Shown: positions 9,714 through 19,782, counted from the first letter of the stretch. The stretch: DNA of 64,000 nt from an uncultured Nitrospiraceae bacterium (GCA_963706325.1 CAVPLT010000004.1:32001-96000); one strand, 5' to 3'. The notes: a model not told the origin generated them from the sequence alone. Translations and numbers: made by a program.

Positions 9714-11873
9714 TTACCATTTGTTCGGGGTACGCGTGGTGGCCGGTGCATACAGTTGCCTCATGTATTCTTTGACCATCCGCTTAGTGCAGAACCGGGG
9801 AGCGATAGTCTTGATGCTTTCTTTGACGATGTGAAGCCAGCCGCGGGGAATGCCATCAAGGTCGCGTTGGTAAAACAAGGGCACGACTTCCTGTTCTAAT
9901 AGGCGGAACAATTGTTCCGCATCATGAGAGTCCTGCGCCTGCGTGTCTGATTCCTCTGCGAGGGGCTGAATGCCCCACCCATTAGCGCCGTTATACCCTT
10001 CTTGCCACCATCCATCTAAGACGCTGAGGTTTATGACCCCATTAAGCGCAGCTTTTTGACCGCTGGTTCCACTGGCCTCAAGTGGAGCCCTGGGTGTATT
10101 GAGCCAAATATCAACACCTTGGACAAGGTATTTGGCCATATGCATATCGTAGTCTTCGAGGAACGCGACATGTCCTCCGATCTTGTGATCATTGCAGTAA
10201 TTCAGGACCTCGTGGATAAAGTAACGGCCTGGTTCATCGGCCGGGTGCGCTTTCCCGGCAAACACAATTTGGACTGGGCGCCACCGATTATGGAGCAGCT
10301 GTTTGAGCCGTTCGAGGTCGCGAAACAACAGGGTTGCGCGCTTGTAGGTCGCAAACCGTCTGGCAAAACCGATGGTGAGTGCTTCTGGGTCCAGCAGGGT
10401 TCCTCTGGCGATGGCCTGCATGGGTTGAAGCTGGCCACGAATCCATCCATCGCGCGCGCGCTCGCGGATAAAGCGCATGAGTTTTCGTCTGCTGGTTTGG
10501 CGAACAGCCCACAATTCATGGTCCGGCAGGTCCGTGACGCGCTGCCAGATCGTGGGATCGTCGATTCGTTCGGCCCATTCAGGGCTGAGATATTTGGCGT
10601 AAAGGGAATTTGCCTCCGGGGAGATCCACGTCGGCGCATGAATGCCGTTCGTCACGTGCCTGATAGGAACGAGCTCCTCCGCCAAGCCGGGCCATAAGTG
10701 TTGCCACATATGGCGAGATACTCGTCCATGCTCCCGGCTGACACCATTGACATGAGCAGAAAGACGCATGGCAAGGGCTGTCATGTTGAAGCCGTGACCC
10801 GTGCTTTCTGGTGTCTCGCCGAGACGCAAAAATTCTTCCCTGGACAAGCCGATTTGACCCCAATAGTTCGCGAAATAACGGTCCATGAGGTGGAATGGAA
10901 AGATATCGTGTCCGGCGGGGACCGGGGTGTGCGTGGTGAAGACGGTGCTCTGTCGAACCAGGTCACTTGCTTCGGCATGGCTATGACCGGCGGTGACGAA
11001 TTCGCGGATTCGTTCCATCGTCAGGAAGGCTGCATGGCCTTCATTGCAGTGCCAGACAGACGGATTGATACCGAGAGCGCGGAGAACACGTACGCCGCCG
11101 ATGCCTAACAGAAACTCCTGACAGAGTCTCGTCTCTTGGTCCCCACCGTATAACCGCGCGGAGAGAGCGCGATCCTCGGGCGTATTTTCTGGCACGTCCG
11201 TATCAATGAGGAACAGTGACATGCGACCAGCGCGAACCTGCCACACGAGTACCGTGACTTGGCGATGACCGATCTCGACCTTAAAGGAGCAGGACATGCC
11301 AGCCGGCGTGATGGCATGCTGGATAGGTGAATCATGGCGATTGAAGGGTGCGTAAGTGGCTTCCTGCCAGCCCTCAGGGTTGATACGTTGCTTAAAGTAA
11401 CCCTGAGGGTACATGAACCCAATGCCGATGAGGGGGATCCCTAGATCGCTGGCTTCTTTGCAATGGTCTCCGGCCAGAATGCCAAGGCCTCCGCTGTAGA
11501 TCGGAATCGAGATATGCAATCCGAATTCTGCCGAGAAGTAAGCGATGGGAGAATTTTGAAGCGCAGGAAACTCCGTCGCTGCCCATGTTTTTTTATCGCT
11601 CAGATATTCGTCGAAGGTACGCAAAACGGCCGAATACCGACGCACAAAACTCGGATCACCGGCCAAGGTGGCGAGCCGTTCTGGTTTGACACTAGAAAGT
11701 AGCTGAACGGGATTGTGGTGAGTGAGAAACCACAGCGTGGGGTCGATGGATTCAAACAGCTGCCTTGCCGTTGGGGTCCAGCTCCACCACAAATTGCGGG
11801 CTAATTCATCCAGTCGGTGTAAATTGTGTGGAACCGTATCATGAGCGGCCTGTCCTTGATCGGGTGCTTGCAC
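9714..11873 (-). CDS. glgP: Alpha-glucan (glycogen) phosphorylase
   Basis: AYFSAEFG, YSGGLG, ARRFATYKR, EASGTSGQK; SD GGAGG before GTG. Confidence 0.95.
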   Translation of the reverse strand: MQAPDQGQAAHDTVPHNLHRLDELARNLWWSWTPTARQLFESIDPTLWFLTHHNPVQLLSSVKPERLATLAGDPSFVRRYSAVLRTFDEYLSDKKTWAATEFPALQNSPIAYFSAEFGLHISIPIYSGGLGILAGDHCKEASDLGIPLIGIGFMYPQGYFKQRINPEGWQEATYAPFNRHDSPIQHAITPAGMSCSFKVEIGHRQVTVLVWQVRAGRMSLFLIDTDVPENTPEDRALSARLYGGDQETRLCQEFLLGIGGVRVLRALGINPSVWHCNEGHAAFLTMERIREFVTAGHSHAEASDLVRQSTVFTTHTPVPAGHDIFPFHLMDRYFANYWGQIGLSREEFLRLGETPESTGHGFNMTALAMRLSAHVNGVSREHGRVSRHMWQHLWPGLAEELVPIRHVTNGIHAPTWISPEANSLYAKYLSPEWAERIDDPTIWQRVTDLPDHELWAVRQTSRRKLMRFIRERARDGWIRGQLQPMQAIARGTLLDPEALTIGFARRFATYKRATLLFRDLERLKQLLHNRWRPVQIVFAGKAHPADEPGRYFIHEVLNYCNDHKIGGHVAFLEDYDMHMAKYLVQGVDIWLNTPRAPLEASGTSGQKAALNGVINLSVLDGWWQEGYNGANGWGIQPLAEESDTQAQDSHDAEQLFRLLEQEVVPLFYQRDLDGIPRGWLHIVKESIKTIAPRFCTKRMVKEYMRQLYAPATTRTPNKW

Positions 11874-11941
11874 GACGCCTCCGTGGAAAATGGTCGATGG
11901 CTGAAGAAGCAGACTGGGGGGTCGTGCTTCCGAATGTTGCG

Positions 11942-12778
11942 TCAGGCATGTCCGGCTTTATGCCAGGATACCCACTGGTCAGAAAAAGCGACGGCGGCGT
12001 AGCGTTCTCCGAGGATTTTGGCGACACGATTCATGGTCGTCGTGAGTTGTTTCGCCTCCTCTTGCGTAAGGTCCTGACGAAACCGAGGATGAAGTCCCCA
12101 TCGCGTCTCGACCTCTTCTCCCTTGACACTCGACATGACACTGACGAGTTTAATATCGGTGCCGGTCGCACCCCGAGGGGCCTGGCTGGCGGAGGCTCCA
12201 CTAGGGCTCGCCGATGAGTCAGTCGCGGCCGGCGGCGCCTGCCCTTCAAAAATACCGGTAAGAGCCGGAATGACGGCGCTGATACAGAGCGTGGCGGCGG
12301 CAGTTACGGCCGGATTGCCGGTAGCTCCGACTAAGCGGGCAATGCGATCGCTGAAATCGCGATACATGTCATTCTTGGCCGGACTGTCTTCAGTGACTAG
12401 GAAACGGTAGCGCTCATAGGTCTGACGGCTTTCCGCTACCGCCGCCCCGATGGTGAGTACGATCTCTGTCTGGTCGCTGCCGACTCCGAAGGCTGGTTCC
12501 AGCGCTTTCTTGAGTAGATCGATCACTGCGTCTGTCAGTTCATCCATGAACTGAGGCTGTTCCTTGAGCGGAATGTGCAGCGTCGACACGCGATCCGCCA
12601 GGTTGAACATGACGCGTAAAAATTCCAGATAGATGGTCCACTCATCCTGGCGTTTCAGTTTTAGCGCCTGTTCCGGCACGGCACGTTTGAGCACCGATAC
12701 GGATTCACCTGCCACCGCGAGCATGAGCTCCGCGACAATTTGCAGCTGTTGAGCGAACGAAGTGTGTCTGATTGTCAT
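11942..12778 (-). CDS. Hypothetical protein
   Basis: 278-aa ORF with SD-like AGGGGA and its own promoter. Confidence 0.75.
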   Translation of the reverse strand: MTIRHTSFAQQLQIVAELMLAVAGESVSVLKRAVPEQALKLKRQDEWTIYLEFLRVMFNLADRVSTLHIPLKEQPQFMDELTDAVIDLLKKALEPAFGVGSDQTEIVLTIGAAVAESRQTYERYRFLVTEDSPAKNDMYRDFSDRIARLVGATGNPAVTAAATLCISAVIPALTGIFEGQAPPAATDSSASPSGASASQAPRGATGTDIKLVSVMSSVKGEEVETRWGLHPRFRQDLTQEEAKQLTTTMNRVAKILGERYAAVAFSDQWVSWHKAGHA

Positions 12779-12799
12779 ACAGGTCCCCTACGTGCCGGC

Positions 12800-12828
12800 A
12801 TTATATACAACTCGATTTCAAGGTCCAA
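12800..12828 (-). promoter_or_regulatory. Putative sigma70 promoter
   Basis: TTGGAC-N17-TATAAT on the minus strand. Confidence 0.5.
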
Positions 12829-12954
12829 GTGCTGATCTTTCCTGACGCAGTTAGGAGGAGCGGCGAACAGCCTCTGTCGTTGCAAGGGATGCAGTGGTAT
12901 GTTATACAGCGCGCCTCTCCCGTCATGCGCGTCACTCCAAAGACGGATGCTATC

Positions 12955-14982
12955 ATGGACCGAGACGTTATACCTTACATTCTGAAACGGACCGCGGATC
13001 AGGACATTACCCCCAAGCTCTCGCTTGATTACGCCAGAGCGCTCAACCCGCAGCAGTTTGCGGCGGTGACGGCGGGTGACGGCCCTGCGCTCGTGATCGC
13101 CGGAGCCGGCAGCGGTAAGACCCGCACACTGGTCCATCGCGTTGCCTATTTGATCGATTCCGGCGTCGATCCATCTCACATTCTTTTGCTGACCTTTACG
13201 CGGAAGTCCTCCGAGGAGATGTTGGAGCGTGTGGGGGCCTTGATTGGTTCTCGTAGTCAGCGGGTCTGCGGGGGTACGTTTCACTCGGTTGCCAATATGT
13301 TGCTCCGGCGCCATGGGCGCGTGCTCGGGATCGAGCCGGCGTTTACCATCATGGATCGTGGCGATGCAGAAGATCTTATCGCCCTGTTACGCGCCCAAAT
13401 GGGACTCAATGAAAAAGATAAGCGGTTCCCTCGCAAGGGCACTATCGCTGAAATCTACAGCAAATGCGAAAATACGTTACGCGGATTAGAGGATATTGTT
13501 CTCGAAGAGTTTTCGCATTTTGCCGACCACCTCGATGATCTTGGGAAACTGCAGCGAGCCTATCACGCGGCGAAGCGTCAACGGCAACTGCTCGACTATG
13601 ATGACTTACTCGTCCTACTGCGGGACCTGCTGACCAAAGATGAACCGACTCAGCGGGCCATTTCTCAACGATTCCGGTATATCCTCGTGGACGAATATCA
13701 GGATACCAACCGGCTGCAAGCGGAACTCATTCGAAAGTTGGCGGCCACTCACGACAATGTCATGGTGGTTGGAGATGACTCACAATCCATTTATGCGTTC
13801 CGGGGCGCGACCTTCCGGAACATTATGGAATTCCCGACTTGGTTCCCGGGCGCACACATCTATAAACTTGAAGAGAATTATCGCAGCACGCAGCCGATTC
13901 TCAGTGTGGCCAACGAAATCATTCAAGAAGCGCCGGAGAAGTATTCGAAGCATTTGTTCACACGCAAGCTGGATGGGCCATTGCCTGCACTGGTAGAAGC
14001 AGCCGGTGAAAATGCACAGTCTCGTTTTGTGGCGCAGAAAATACTCGAGTTGCGGGAAGAGGGCGTGCCGCTGAATGAAATTGCGGTGCTCTTTCGGTCC
14101 AGCTTTCACTCCTTTGATCTGGAAATCGAGCTGTCTCGCTGCGGTTTACCGTTTGTGAAGCGGGGAGGAATCAAGTTCGTCGAGGCGGCGCATGTCAAAG
14201 ATCTTCTCGCGCATTTGCGCGTAGTGGTGAATCCACAGGACGCAGTCAGCTGGCATCGTGTCCTTATGCTGGTTGAAGGTGTCGGCCCCAAGAAGGCGCA
14301 AGACTTAGTAGGAGCTATGGTGCGGACGAACGATCCGTATCAAGTATTGCGGGACAGCAGCGGCCGTTCAGGCAAAGGATTAAAGGAGCTGGCGCTGGTG
14401 CTCGAAAATCTTTCAAAGAGCGACGATCTGAGTCCGACTGAACAGGTGAACCGAATTTATGAATACTATCTCCCGATCCTGAAGGACCACCATGACGACT
14501 ATCCGAAACGGATCAGGGATCTGGACCATTTGCATACCATCGCCGAGAGTTATCCAGGCCTGACTGAGTTCCTCGCCGATCTGGCGCTGGCACCTCCCGA
14601 CGGAAGTGCGGTGGGGGTAGAGCCGTCAGGCCGAGACGATGAGCAGTTAGTGCTCTCGACGATTCATTCTGCCAAAGGGCTGGAATGGCAGTGCGTCTTT
14701 CTTCTGTGGGTTGTGGATGGGAAGTTTCCATCGGTCTTTTCGTTCAATACCGATGAGGAGTTGGAGGAGGAACGGCGGTTGTTATATGTGGCGGTAACAC
14801 GGGCCAAGCGGTACCTCTTTTTGATCTATCCAATCAATGTCTATGACAAAAGCTCGGGCATGTTGTTGTGCAAACCGTCTCGATTTCTGGACCATGTGTC
14901 TCCACGCCTGTTTGAGACCCTGGCACTGGTTGAAGAGGGCAGTTCGTACGAATGGGGAGGTGAGCGTGACCGTTTTATGTAG
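12955..14982 (+). CDS. UvrD/PcrA-family SF1 ATP-dependent DNA helicase
   Basis: AGAGSGKT, LVDEYQD, VGDDSQSIY.FRGA, ENYRS, STIHSAKGLE, EERRLLYVA.TRA; start placed at MDRDVIP. Confidence 0.95.
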   Translation: MDRDVIPYILKRTADQDITPKLSLDYARALNPQQFAAVTAGDGPALVIAGAGSGKTRTLVHRVAYLIDSGVDPSHILLLTFTRKSSEEMLERVGALIGSRSQRVCGGTFHSVANMLLRRHGRVLGIEPAFTIMDRGDAEDLIALLRAQMGLNEKDKRFPRKGTIAEIYSKCENTLRGLEDIVLEEFSHFADHLDDLGKLQRAYHAAKRQRQLLDYDDLLVLLRDLLTKDEPTQRAISQRFRYILVDEYQDTNRLQAELIRKLAATHDNVMVVGDDSQSIYAFRGATFRNIMEFPTWFPGAHIYKLEENYRSTQPILSVANEIIQEAPEKYSKHLFTRKLDGPLPALVEAAGENAQSRFVAQKILELREEGVPLNEIAVLFRSSFHSFDLEIELSRCGLPFVKRGGIKFVEAAHVKDLLAHLRVVVNPQDAVSWHRVLMLVEGVGPKKAQDLVGAMVRTNDPYQVLRDSSGRSGKGLKELALVLENLSKSDDLSPTEQVNRIYEYYLPILKDHHDDYPKRIRDLDHLHTIAESYPGLTEFLADLALAPPDGSAVGVEPSGRDDEQLVLSTIHSAKGLEWQCVFLLWVVDGKFPSVFSFNTDEELEEERRLLYVAVTRAKRYLFLIYPINVYDKSSGMLLCKPSRFLDHVSPRLFETLALVEEGSSYEWGGERDRFM

Positions 14983-15019
14983 GACGATCGCTCCCACCGC
15001 ATAGGTCAGCCCGCCTTCT

Positions 15020-15982
15020 ATGATCCGATTCCATCTTGGTAAAAAGATGCACATTGTGCATACATCTGTCGGTCGCCTGCGCGGAGTGATCGTCCTAATC
15101 GGGGCGGGAATGTTGCTGGGATTGTCGATGTCGGCTCTGGTGCAGGCTGATACACCGACAGCTGTTTCGGATGCCTCGCGAATGTGGTTGACTGTGGTGT
15201 CTGAAGCGAAATCCCTCGCACTTCCGACGCGGTTTCTTCAGCAAATTCCTCCGCAGTTTGTCACGTTTGAGTTTGAGGATTTGCAGGCATTTGCTGCGGA
15301 GTACCATCCGAAGGACCATCGAATGGTGCTGAATCGGTCCCTTTCCCTGAATGCAGCGGGGGGGACTCTACGGCCACTTGCGCGATTGACGCATAAAGAG
15401 CTGGAAACGCTCTACCACGAGCTGTTTCATGCCTACATGGATTTTCTTGAACAAGAGAGTGCGCCGCCCGAGGCGCATGCGTTGTTAATGGTGTTTGCTC
15501 GCGAACAACAACTGTGCCGGTATCAGCAGGTGCTCATCACGCCGGTGCTTCAAAAGAGAGAATTGAAAGAAGAGCGGTTTCTTAGTGAGGCAGAATCCTG
15601 GGAAGCTCTGAATGAGACATGGGCCGTGTTTGTGGGGTGGGCGGTGTGGACGCAGATGGAGTTGGGTAAGAAGCGGACCAAAGAGGTTCAGTCGGGAAGT
15701 AAGCCCCACTACATACCTGCGTGGCTCAAACGGTTGGAACTGGCGGAGCGGGATGCGGTCTTCAGGGGTTATTATGAACCTGAGGATCCAAATGAAAAGC
15801 TCATGGCGAGAAAGCGATTTTTGGCGCCTGAGTTTCGGCTATCGGCGCCTGAGCTGACTGTTCTGATGCGGGATGTGCTGGGCAGTTCTGCGGAATTAAT
15901 TCGTCAGGCGAGTCTGGTGCTGAGACATAGCAGTGTGAATTCCAGTGCTCAAACGACTTGCCCTGCTCCGGTCTCCCCCTAG
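15020..15982 (+). CDS. Exported hypothetical protein with HEXXH motif (putative zinc metallopeptidase)
   Basis: Signal peptide ending VQA; LYHELFH; downstream ALNETWA. Confidence 0.65.
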   Translation: MIRFHLGKKMHIVHTSVGRLRGVIVLIGAGMLLGLSMSALVQADTPTAVSDASRMWLTVVSEAKSLALPTRFLQQIPPQFVTFEFEDLQAFAAEYHPKDHRMVLNRSLSLNAAGGTLRPLARLTHKELETLYHELFHAYMDFLEQESAPPEAHALLMVFAREQQLCRYQQVLITPVLQKRELKEERFLSEAESWEALNETWAVFVGWAVWTQMELGKKRTKEVQSGSKPHYIPAWLKRLELAERDAVFRGYYEPEDPNEKLMARKRFLAPEFRLSAPELTVLMRDVLGSSAELIRQASLVLRHSSVNSSAQTTCPAPVSP

Positions 15983-16009
15983 AATTCTTCCTGCATAGAA
16001 CATACCCCC

Positions 16010-16038
16010 TTGACAATGGAACGTGTGGCAAATAAAAT
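16010..16038 (+). promoter_or_regulatory. sigma70 promoter of the tRNA-tuf operon
   Basis: TTGACA-N17-TAAAAT followed by GC-rich CGGCTGC. Confidence 0.85.
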
Positions 16039-16213
16039 CGGCTGCTTTCAAGGCCAGGTCAATCTTCATTTCATCAGCACCCCAGCCCTGTCGTTTTGCT
16101 GGGAAGCTGTGCGTGGTGGGGCTTACTTCATTCGCCGATTCAAAGAATGAAACCGCTTCGGTTAGAGACTTGCCTGGAAGAGAAAGTCTTGATTTGAATT
16201 GGGCTTGAGAGAC

Positions 16214-16299
16214 GGGCAGGTACCCAAGTGGACAAAGGGGGCAGACTGTAAATCTGCTGCCTTATGGCTTCCAAGGTTCGAATCCTTGCCTGCCCACCA
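16214..16299 (+). tRNA. tRNA-Tyr(GTA)
   Basis: Acceptor stem GGGCAGG/CCTGCCC, anticodon arm GCAGA-CTGTAAA-TCTGC, long variable arm, TTCGAAT, encoded CCA. Confidence 0.97.
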
Positions 16300-16424
16300 T
16301 ATTTGAACCGGATCGCATCTGCCTAGTCAGAATAATGATCGTGAAGGATGTGCTGTGGCGGGCGCGGACTTGTTCCAGGCAGGGTGGCCGGCAAGTCATG
16401 AAGTGTTGGTAGGTTCACCCGTGG

Positions 16425-16499
16425 GCGGGCGTAGCTCAGTGGTAGAGTTCCAGCCTTCCAAGCTGGCTGTCGTGGGTTCAAATCCCATCGCCCGCTCCA
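16425..16499 (+). tRNA. tRNA-Gly(TCC)
   Basis: GCGGGCG/CGCCCGC, CCAGC-CTTCCAA-GCTGG, encoded CCA. Confidence 0.97.
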
Positions 16500-16566
16500 A
16501 TTGAGCGCCTTTGAGCAGGAGTACATCTACAGGGATATGGCGAGCGGATACAGATTTGAATTGATG

Positions 16567-16642
16567 GCCCACGTAGCTCAGTTGGCAGAGCACGTCCTTG
16601 GTAAGGACGAGGTCACGCGTTCGATTCGCGTCGTGGGCTCCA
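16567..16642 (+). tRNA. tRNA-Thr(GGT)
   Basis: GCCCACG/CGTGGGC, CGTCC-TTGGTAA-GGACG, encoded CCA. Confidence 0.97.
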
Positions 16643-16739
16643 CCCCATAATTTGCCGGAGCGGGGTCGTTCTCCTCGTGAGGGAGAAGCATTCGATTATG
16701 GGTTTTGGGAAAACAGTGTCGTGAGAAAAGGAGTAAATC

Positions 16740-17945
16740 ATGGCGAAGGCGAAATTTGAGCGACGAAAGCCCCACGTGAACATCGGGACGATCGGGCACG
16801 TGGACCATGGCAAGACGACGTTGACGAGTGCCCTGACCAAGATCTGCTCGGACAAGGGCATGGCGAAGTTCATCAGCTATGACGAAGTGGCGAAGGCCTC
16901 GGAGAGCCAAGGGCGGCGCGATGCCAGCAAGATCATGACCATCGCGATCAGCCACGTGGAGTATGAGACGGCCAACCGGCACTATGCGCACGTCGATTGT
17001 CCGGGCCACGCGGATTATGTGAAGAACATGATCACCGGGGCCGCGCAAATGGACGGCGCGATTCTGGTGGTGAGCGCGGCCGACGGGCCCATGCCGCAGA
17101 CGCGAGAGCACATTTTGTTGGCGCGCCAAGTCGGCGTCCCGTACATCGTGGTGTTTCTGAACAAGGCCGACAAGGTGGATGACAAGGAATTGCTGGAGCT
17201 GGTGGAGCTGGAAGTGCGGGAGTTGCTGACCAAGTACGAGTTTCCGGGCGACAAGATTCCCATCGTGCAGGGCTCGGCGTTGAAGGCGATCGAGGGGGAT
17301 CAAGGGCCGTTGGGCGTACCGTCGATTCTGAAGTTATTGGAGGCCGTCGACACCTATATTCCGACGCCGACCCGCGCCATCGATAAGCCGTTTCTGATGC
17401 CGATCGAAGACGTCTTCACGATCAGCGGGCGCGGGACGGTCGTGACGGGGCGCTGCGAGAAGGGGATCGTGAAGGTGGGCGATGAAATCGAAATCGTCGG
17501 GTTGAAGCCGACGCAGACGACCATCGTGACCGGCGTGGAAATGTTCCGCAAGGTTCTCGACGAAGGGCAGGCGGGCGATAACATCGGCGTCTTGCTGCGC
17601 GGGACGAAGAAGGAAGATGTGGAGCGGGGCATGGTGCTGGCGAAGCCCAAGAGCATCACGCCGCATACGAAGTTCAAGGCCGAGATCTATGTGTTGACGA
17701 AGGAAGAGGGCGGGCGGCATACGCCGTTTTTCAACGGGTACCGGCCGCAGTTCTACTTCCGGACGACGGACGTGACGGGAATCGTGACGCTGACGCCGGG
17801 GGTGGAGATGGTCATGCCCGGAGACAATGTGACGGTGACCGGCGAGTTGATCAGCCCGATCGCCATGGATCAGGGGCTGCGCTTTGCGGTGCGCGAGGGT
17901 GGGAAAACCGTCGGCTCAGGCGTCGTCACTGAAATTCTAGCGTAG
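16740..17945 (+). CDS. tuf: Elongation factor Tu (copy 1)
   Basis: [35 protein letters not shown]. Confidence 0.99.
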   Translation: MAKAKFERRKPHVNIGTIGHVDHGKTTLTSALTKICSDKGMAKFISYDEVAKASESQGRRDASKIMTIAISHVEYETANRHYAHVDCPGHADYVKNMITGAAQMDGAILVVSAADGPMPQTREHILLARQVGVPYIVVFLNKADKVDDKELLELVELEVRELLTKYEFPGDKIPIVQGSALKAIEGDQGPLGVPSILKLLEAVDTYIPTPTRAIDKPFLMPIEDVFTISGRGTVVTGRCEKGIVKVGDEIEIVGLKPTQTTIVTGVEMFRKVLDEGQAGDNIGVLLRGTKKEDVERGMVLAKPKSITPHTKFKAEIYVLTKEEGGRHTPFFNGYRPQFYFRTTDVTGIVTLTPGVEMVMPGDNVTVTGELISPIAMDQGLRFAVREGGKTVGSGVVTEILA

Positions 17946-17951
17946 GAGAGG

Positions 17952-18018
17952 GAGGCGTGAGGCGTTAGACGTTCTAAGTGAGGGAGTGACTGTTCCCCGC
18001 CTTCACGTCGCACGCTTC
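17952..18018 (+). repeat. Heptamer-repeat hairpin between tuf and rpmG
   Basis: GAGGCGT-GAGGCGT-TAGACGT; 17952-17965 pairs with ACGTCGCACGCTTC at 18005-18018. Confidence 0.55.
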
Positions 18019-18031
18019 GCGGGATTACGAC

Positions 18032-18181
18032 ATGCGAGACATTATTGATTTGGCCTGTACGGTCTGCAAGCAGCGGAATTATACGACCCGCAAGAACAAG
18101 AAAAATGACCCGGATCGTTTGGAGCGGAATAAGTTCTGTAAGTTTTGCCGGAAGCACATTGCCCATAAGGAAGTGAAGTAG
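18032..18181 (+). CDS. rpmG: 50S ribosomal protein L33 (zinc-ribbon form)
   Basis: Manual translation [49 protein letters not shown]. Confidence 0.97.
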   Translation: MRDIIDLACTVCKQRNYTTRKNKKNDPDRLERNKFCKFCRKHIAHKEVK

Positions 18182-18240
18182 GGTTTTTCGTGCTGGGTGG
18201 GGATTTTGACCTTGGCTCGGCAGCGCGCATGTTCCGAAGG

Positions 18241-18315
18241 AGGGGCATGGTGTCAACGGCAGCACATCGGTCTCCAAAACCGAGAGTCTAGGTTCAAATC
18301 CTAGTGCCCCTGCCA
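18241..18315 (+). tRNA. tRNA-Trp(CCA)
   Basis: AGGGGCA/TGCCCCT, TCGGT-CTCCAAA-ACCGA, encoded CCA; canonical position before secE. Confidence 0.97.
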
Positions 18316-18473
18316 AGCTCAACGCGTATGACCTGGTGCATGGTGGTGTCGTGGCATTGTTTCTGTGAACCACTCGTTCTATGCTGTTGAGATTGCCTTC
18401 GCGCGTGACGCGATATCAGGCCGTCGGTTCGGGTAGCTGAACTGTTGGAAAGTTCCACGAGAGGATTGTAACC

Positions 18474-18668
18474 GTGTTTCAGCGATTGACCGCTTCTATT
18501 CGGGAATTCATCGAAGGCGTTCACGGCGAACTGAAAAAGGTGTCGTTTCCGACGAGGACGGAAACGATCGGAGCCACCACAGTCGTTATTGTGTTCTGCA
18601 TCCTCATGTCCCTGTATCTTTCGATGATGGATTCCGTGCTGGGCTGGCTGATGCGCAAGGTTATCTAG
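18474..18668 (+). CDS. secE: Preprotein translocase subunit SecE
   Basis: ELKKVSFPTR.ET motif, one TM helix, synteny. Confidence 0.93.
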   Translation: MFQRLTASIREFIEGVHGELKKVSFPTRTETIGATTVVIVFCILMSLYLSMMDSVLGWLMRKVI

Positions 18669-18741
18669 ATGCGTCGTGCGGCTGGACAGGTCCGGCATTG
18701 TCCGGACGATATGATGCTGGATGTTCAGCTGAGAGGAGATG

Positions 18742-19281
18742 ATGAACAATAAGAACTGGTACGTCATCCATACCTATGCGGGGTTTGAAGGCCGCGTAAA
18801 AACCAGTCTCCTTGAGCGCGCAAATCAAATGGGGCTCACTGAGCGACTTGGGCAGGTCTTGGTGCCGACGGAAGATGTGATTGAAATCAAGGATGGCAAG
18901 CGACGGACTTCCAGACGCAAGTTTTTCCCGGGTTATGTCCTGATTGAGTTGGAATCGCCCTTGGCCGACGAAACCTTGCAGATGATCAAGGAAACTCCAA
19001 AGGTGACGGGGTTTGTCGGCGGCGGTGCCCAACCGACACCGCTTTCGCCTGAGGAAGTCGATTCGTTGTTGAAGCAGGTGGACGCCGGTGCGGCAGGTCC
19101 TCGCGAGCAGGTTCGGTTTATCAAGGGTGACAATGTCCGCATTGTGGACGGTCCGTTCCTGGGTTTTAACGGCGCCGTGGATGACGTGGATTCCGACCAT
19201 AGCCGGGTGAAAGTCTTCGTGAGTATTTTTGGCCGGTCCACGCCGGTGGAGCTAGGATTCTTGCAGGTCGAGCGTATTTGA
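18742..19281 (+). CDS. nusG: Transcription termination/antitermination factor NusG
   Basis: WYVIHTYAGFE, KFFPGYVL, KOW motif GPF.GF.G, SIFGRSTPVEL. Confidence 0.98.
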   Translation: MNNKNWYVIHTYAGFEGRVKTSLLERANQMGLTERLGQVLVPTEDVIEIKDGKRRTSRRKFFPGYVLIELESPLADETLQMIKETPKVTGFVGGGAQPTPLSPEEVDSLLKQVDAGAAGPREQVRFIKGDNVRIVDGPFLGFNGAVDDVDSDHSRVKVFVSIFGRSTPVELGFLQVERI

Positions 19282-19359
19282 GGTCACTGGATTGGCGTTG
19301 CTGGACAGGGACCCGCTCCCAGCCTGTGCGCCCGATCCGCAGTTCTCATGGAGTAACTC

Positions 19360-19782
19360 ATGGCTAAGGAAGTATCCGCACAAATTAAGTTGCAGATTCC
19401 GGCTGGCAAGGCCAACCCTGCGCCGCCTGTTGGCCCCTCGTTGGGGCAGCACGGTGTGAATATCATGGAGTTCTGCAAGCAGTTCAATGCGAAAACGCAG
19501 AAGGACGGGGATAGCATCATCCCGGTGATCATAACGGTCTACAAAGATCGTAGCTTTACCTTCATCATGAAGACCCCTCCAGCTTCGGACTTGCTGAAGA
19601 AAGCCGCCGGTATTATCAAGGGCTCCGGGGTGCCCCATAAGGATAAAGTCGGGAAGATCAGTCAGGCCCAAGTCCGGGAGATCGCCCAAAAGAAATTGTC
19701 CGACCTGAATGCGGCTGATCTGGAAGGCGCCATTAAGATCATCCAAGGGACAGCGCGCAGTATGGGCATCACCGTCCAGTAA
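19360..19782 (+). CDS. rplK: 50S ribosomal protein L11
   Basis: [33 protein letters not shown]. Confidence 0.99.
   Translation: MAKEVSAQIKLQIPAGKANPAPPVGPSLGQHGVNIMEFCKQFNAKTQKDGDSIIPVIITVYKDRSFTFIMKTPPASDLLKKAAGIIKGSGVPHKDKVGKISQAQVREIAQKKLSDLNAADLEGAIKIIQGTARSMGITVQ

Noticed and set aside
12772..12954. N-terminal extensions in the ORF track for the helicase (also rpsG, rpsH, rplV, rapZ, pilN, lptA)
   Set aside because: Longest-ORF artefacts; downstream starts fit family N-termini, SDs or gene overlaps better.
16323..16593. Minus-strand ORFs containing WSGRWDLNPR-type peptides
   Set aside because: Antisense shadows of tRNA genes.
16578..17720. Long antisense ORFs over tuf, and similarly over rpoBC, fusA and pilQ
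   Set aside because: Expected shadow frames of GC-rich coding sequence; no recognisable protein features.
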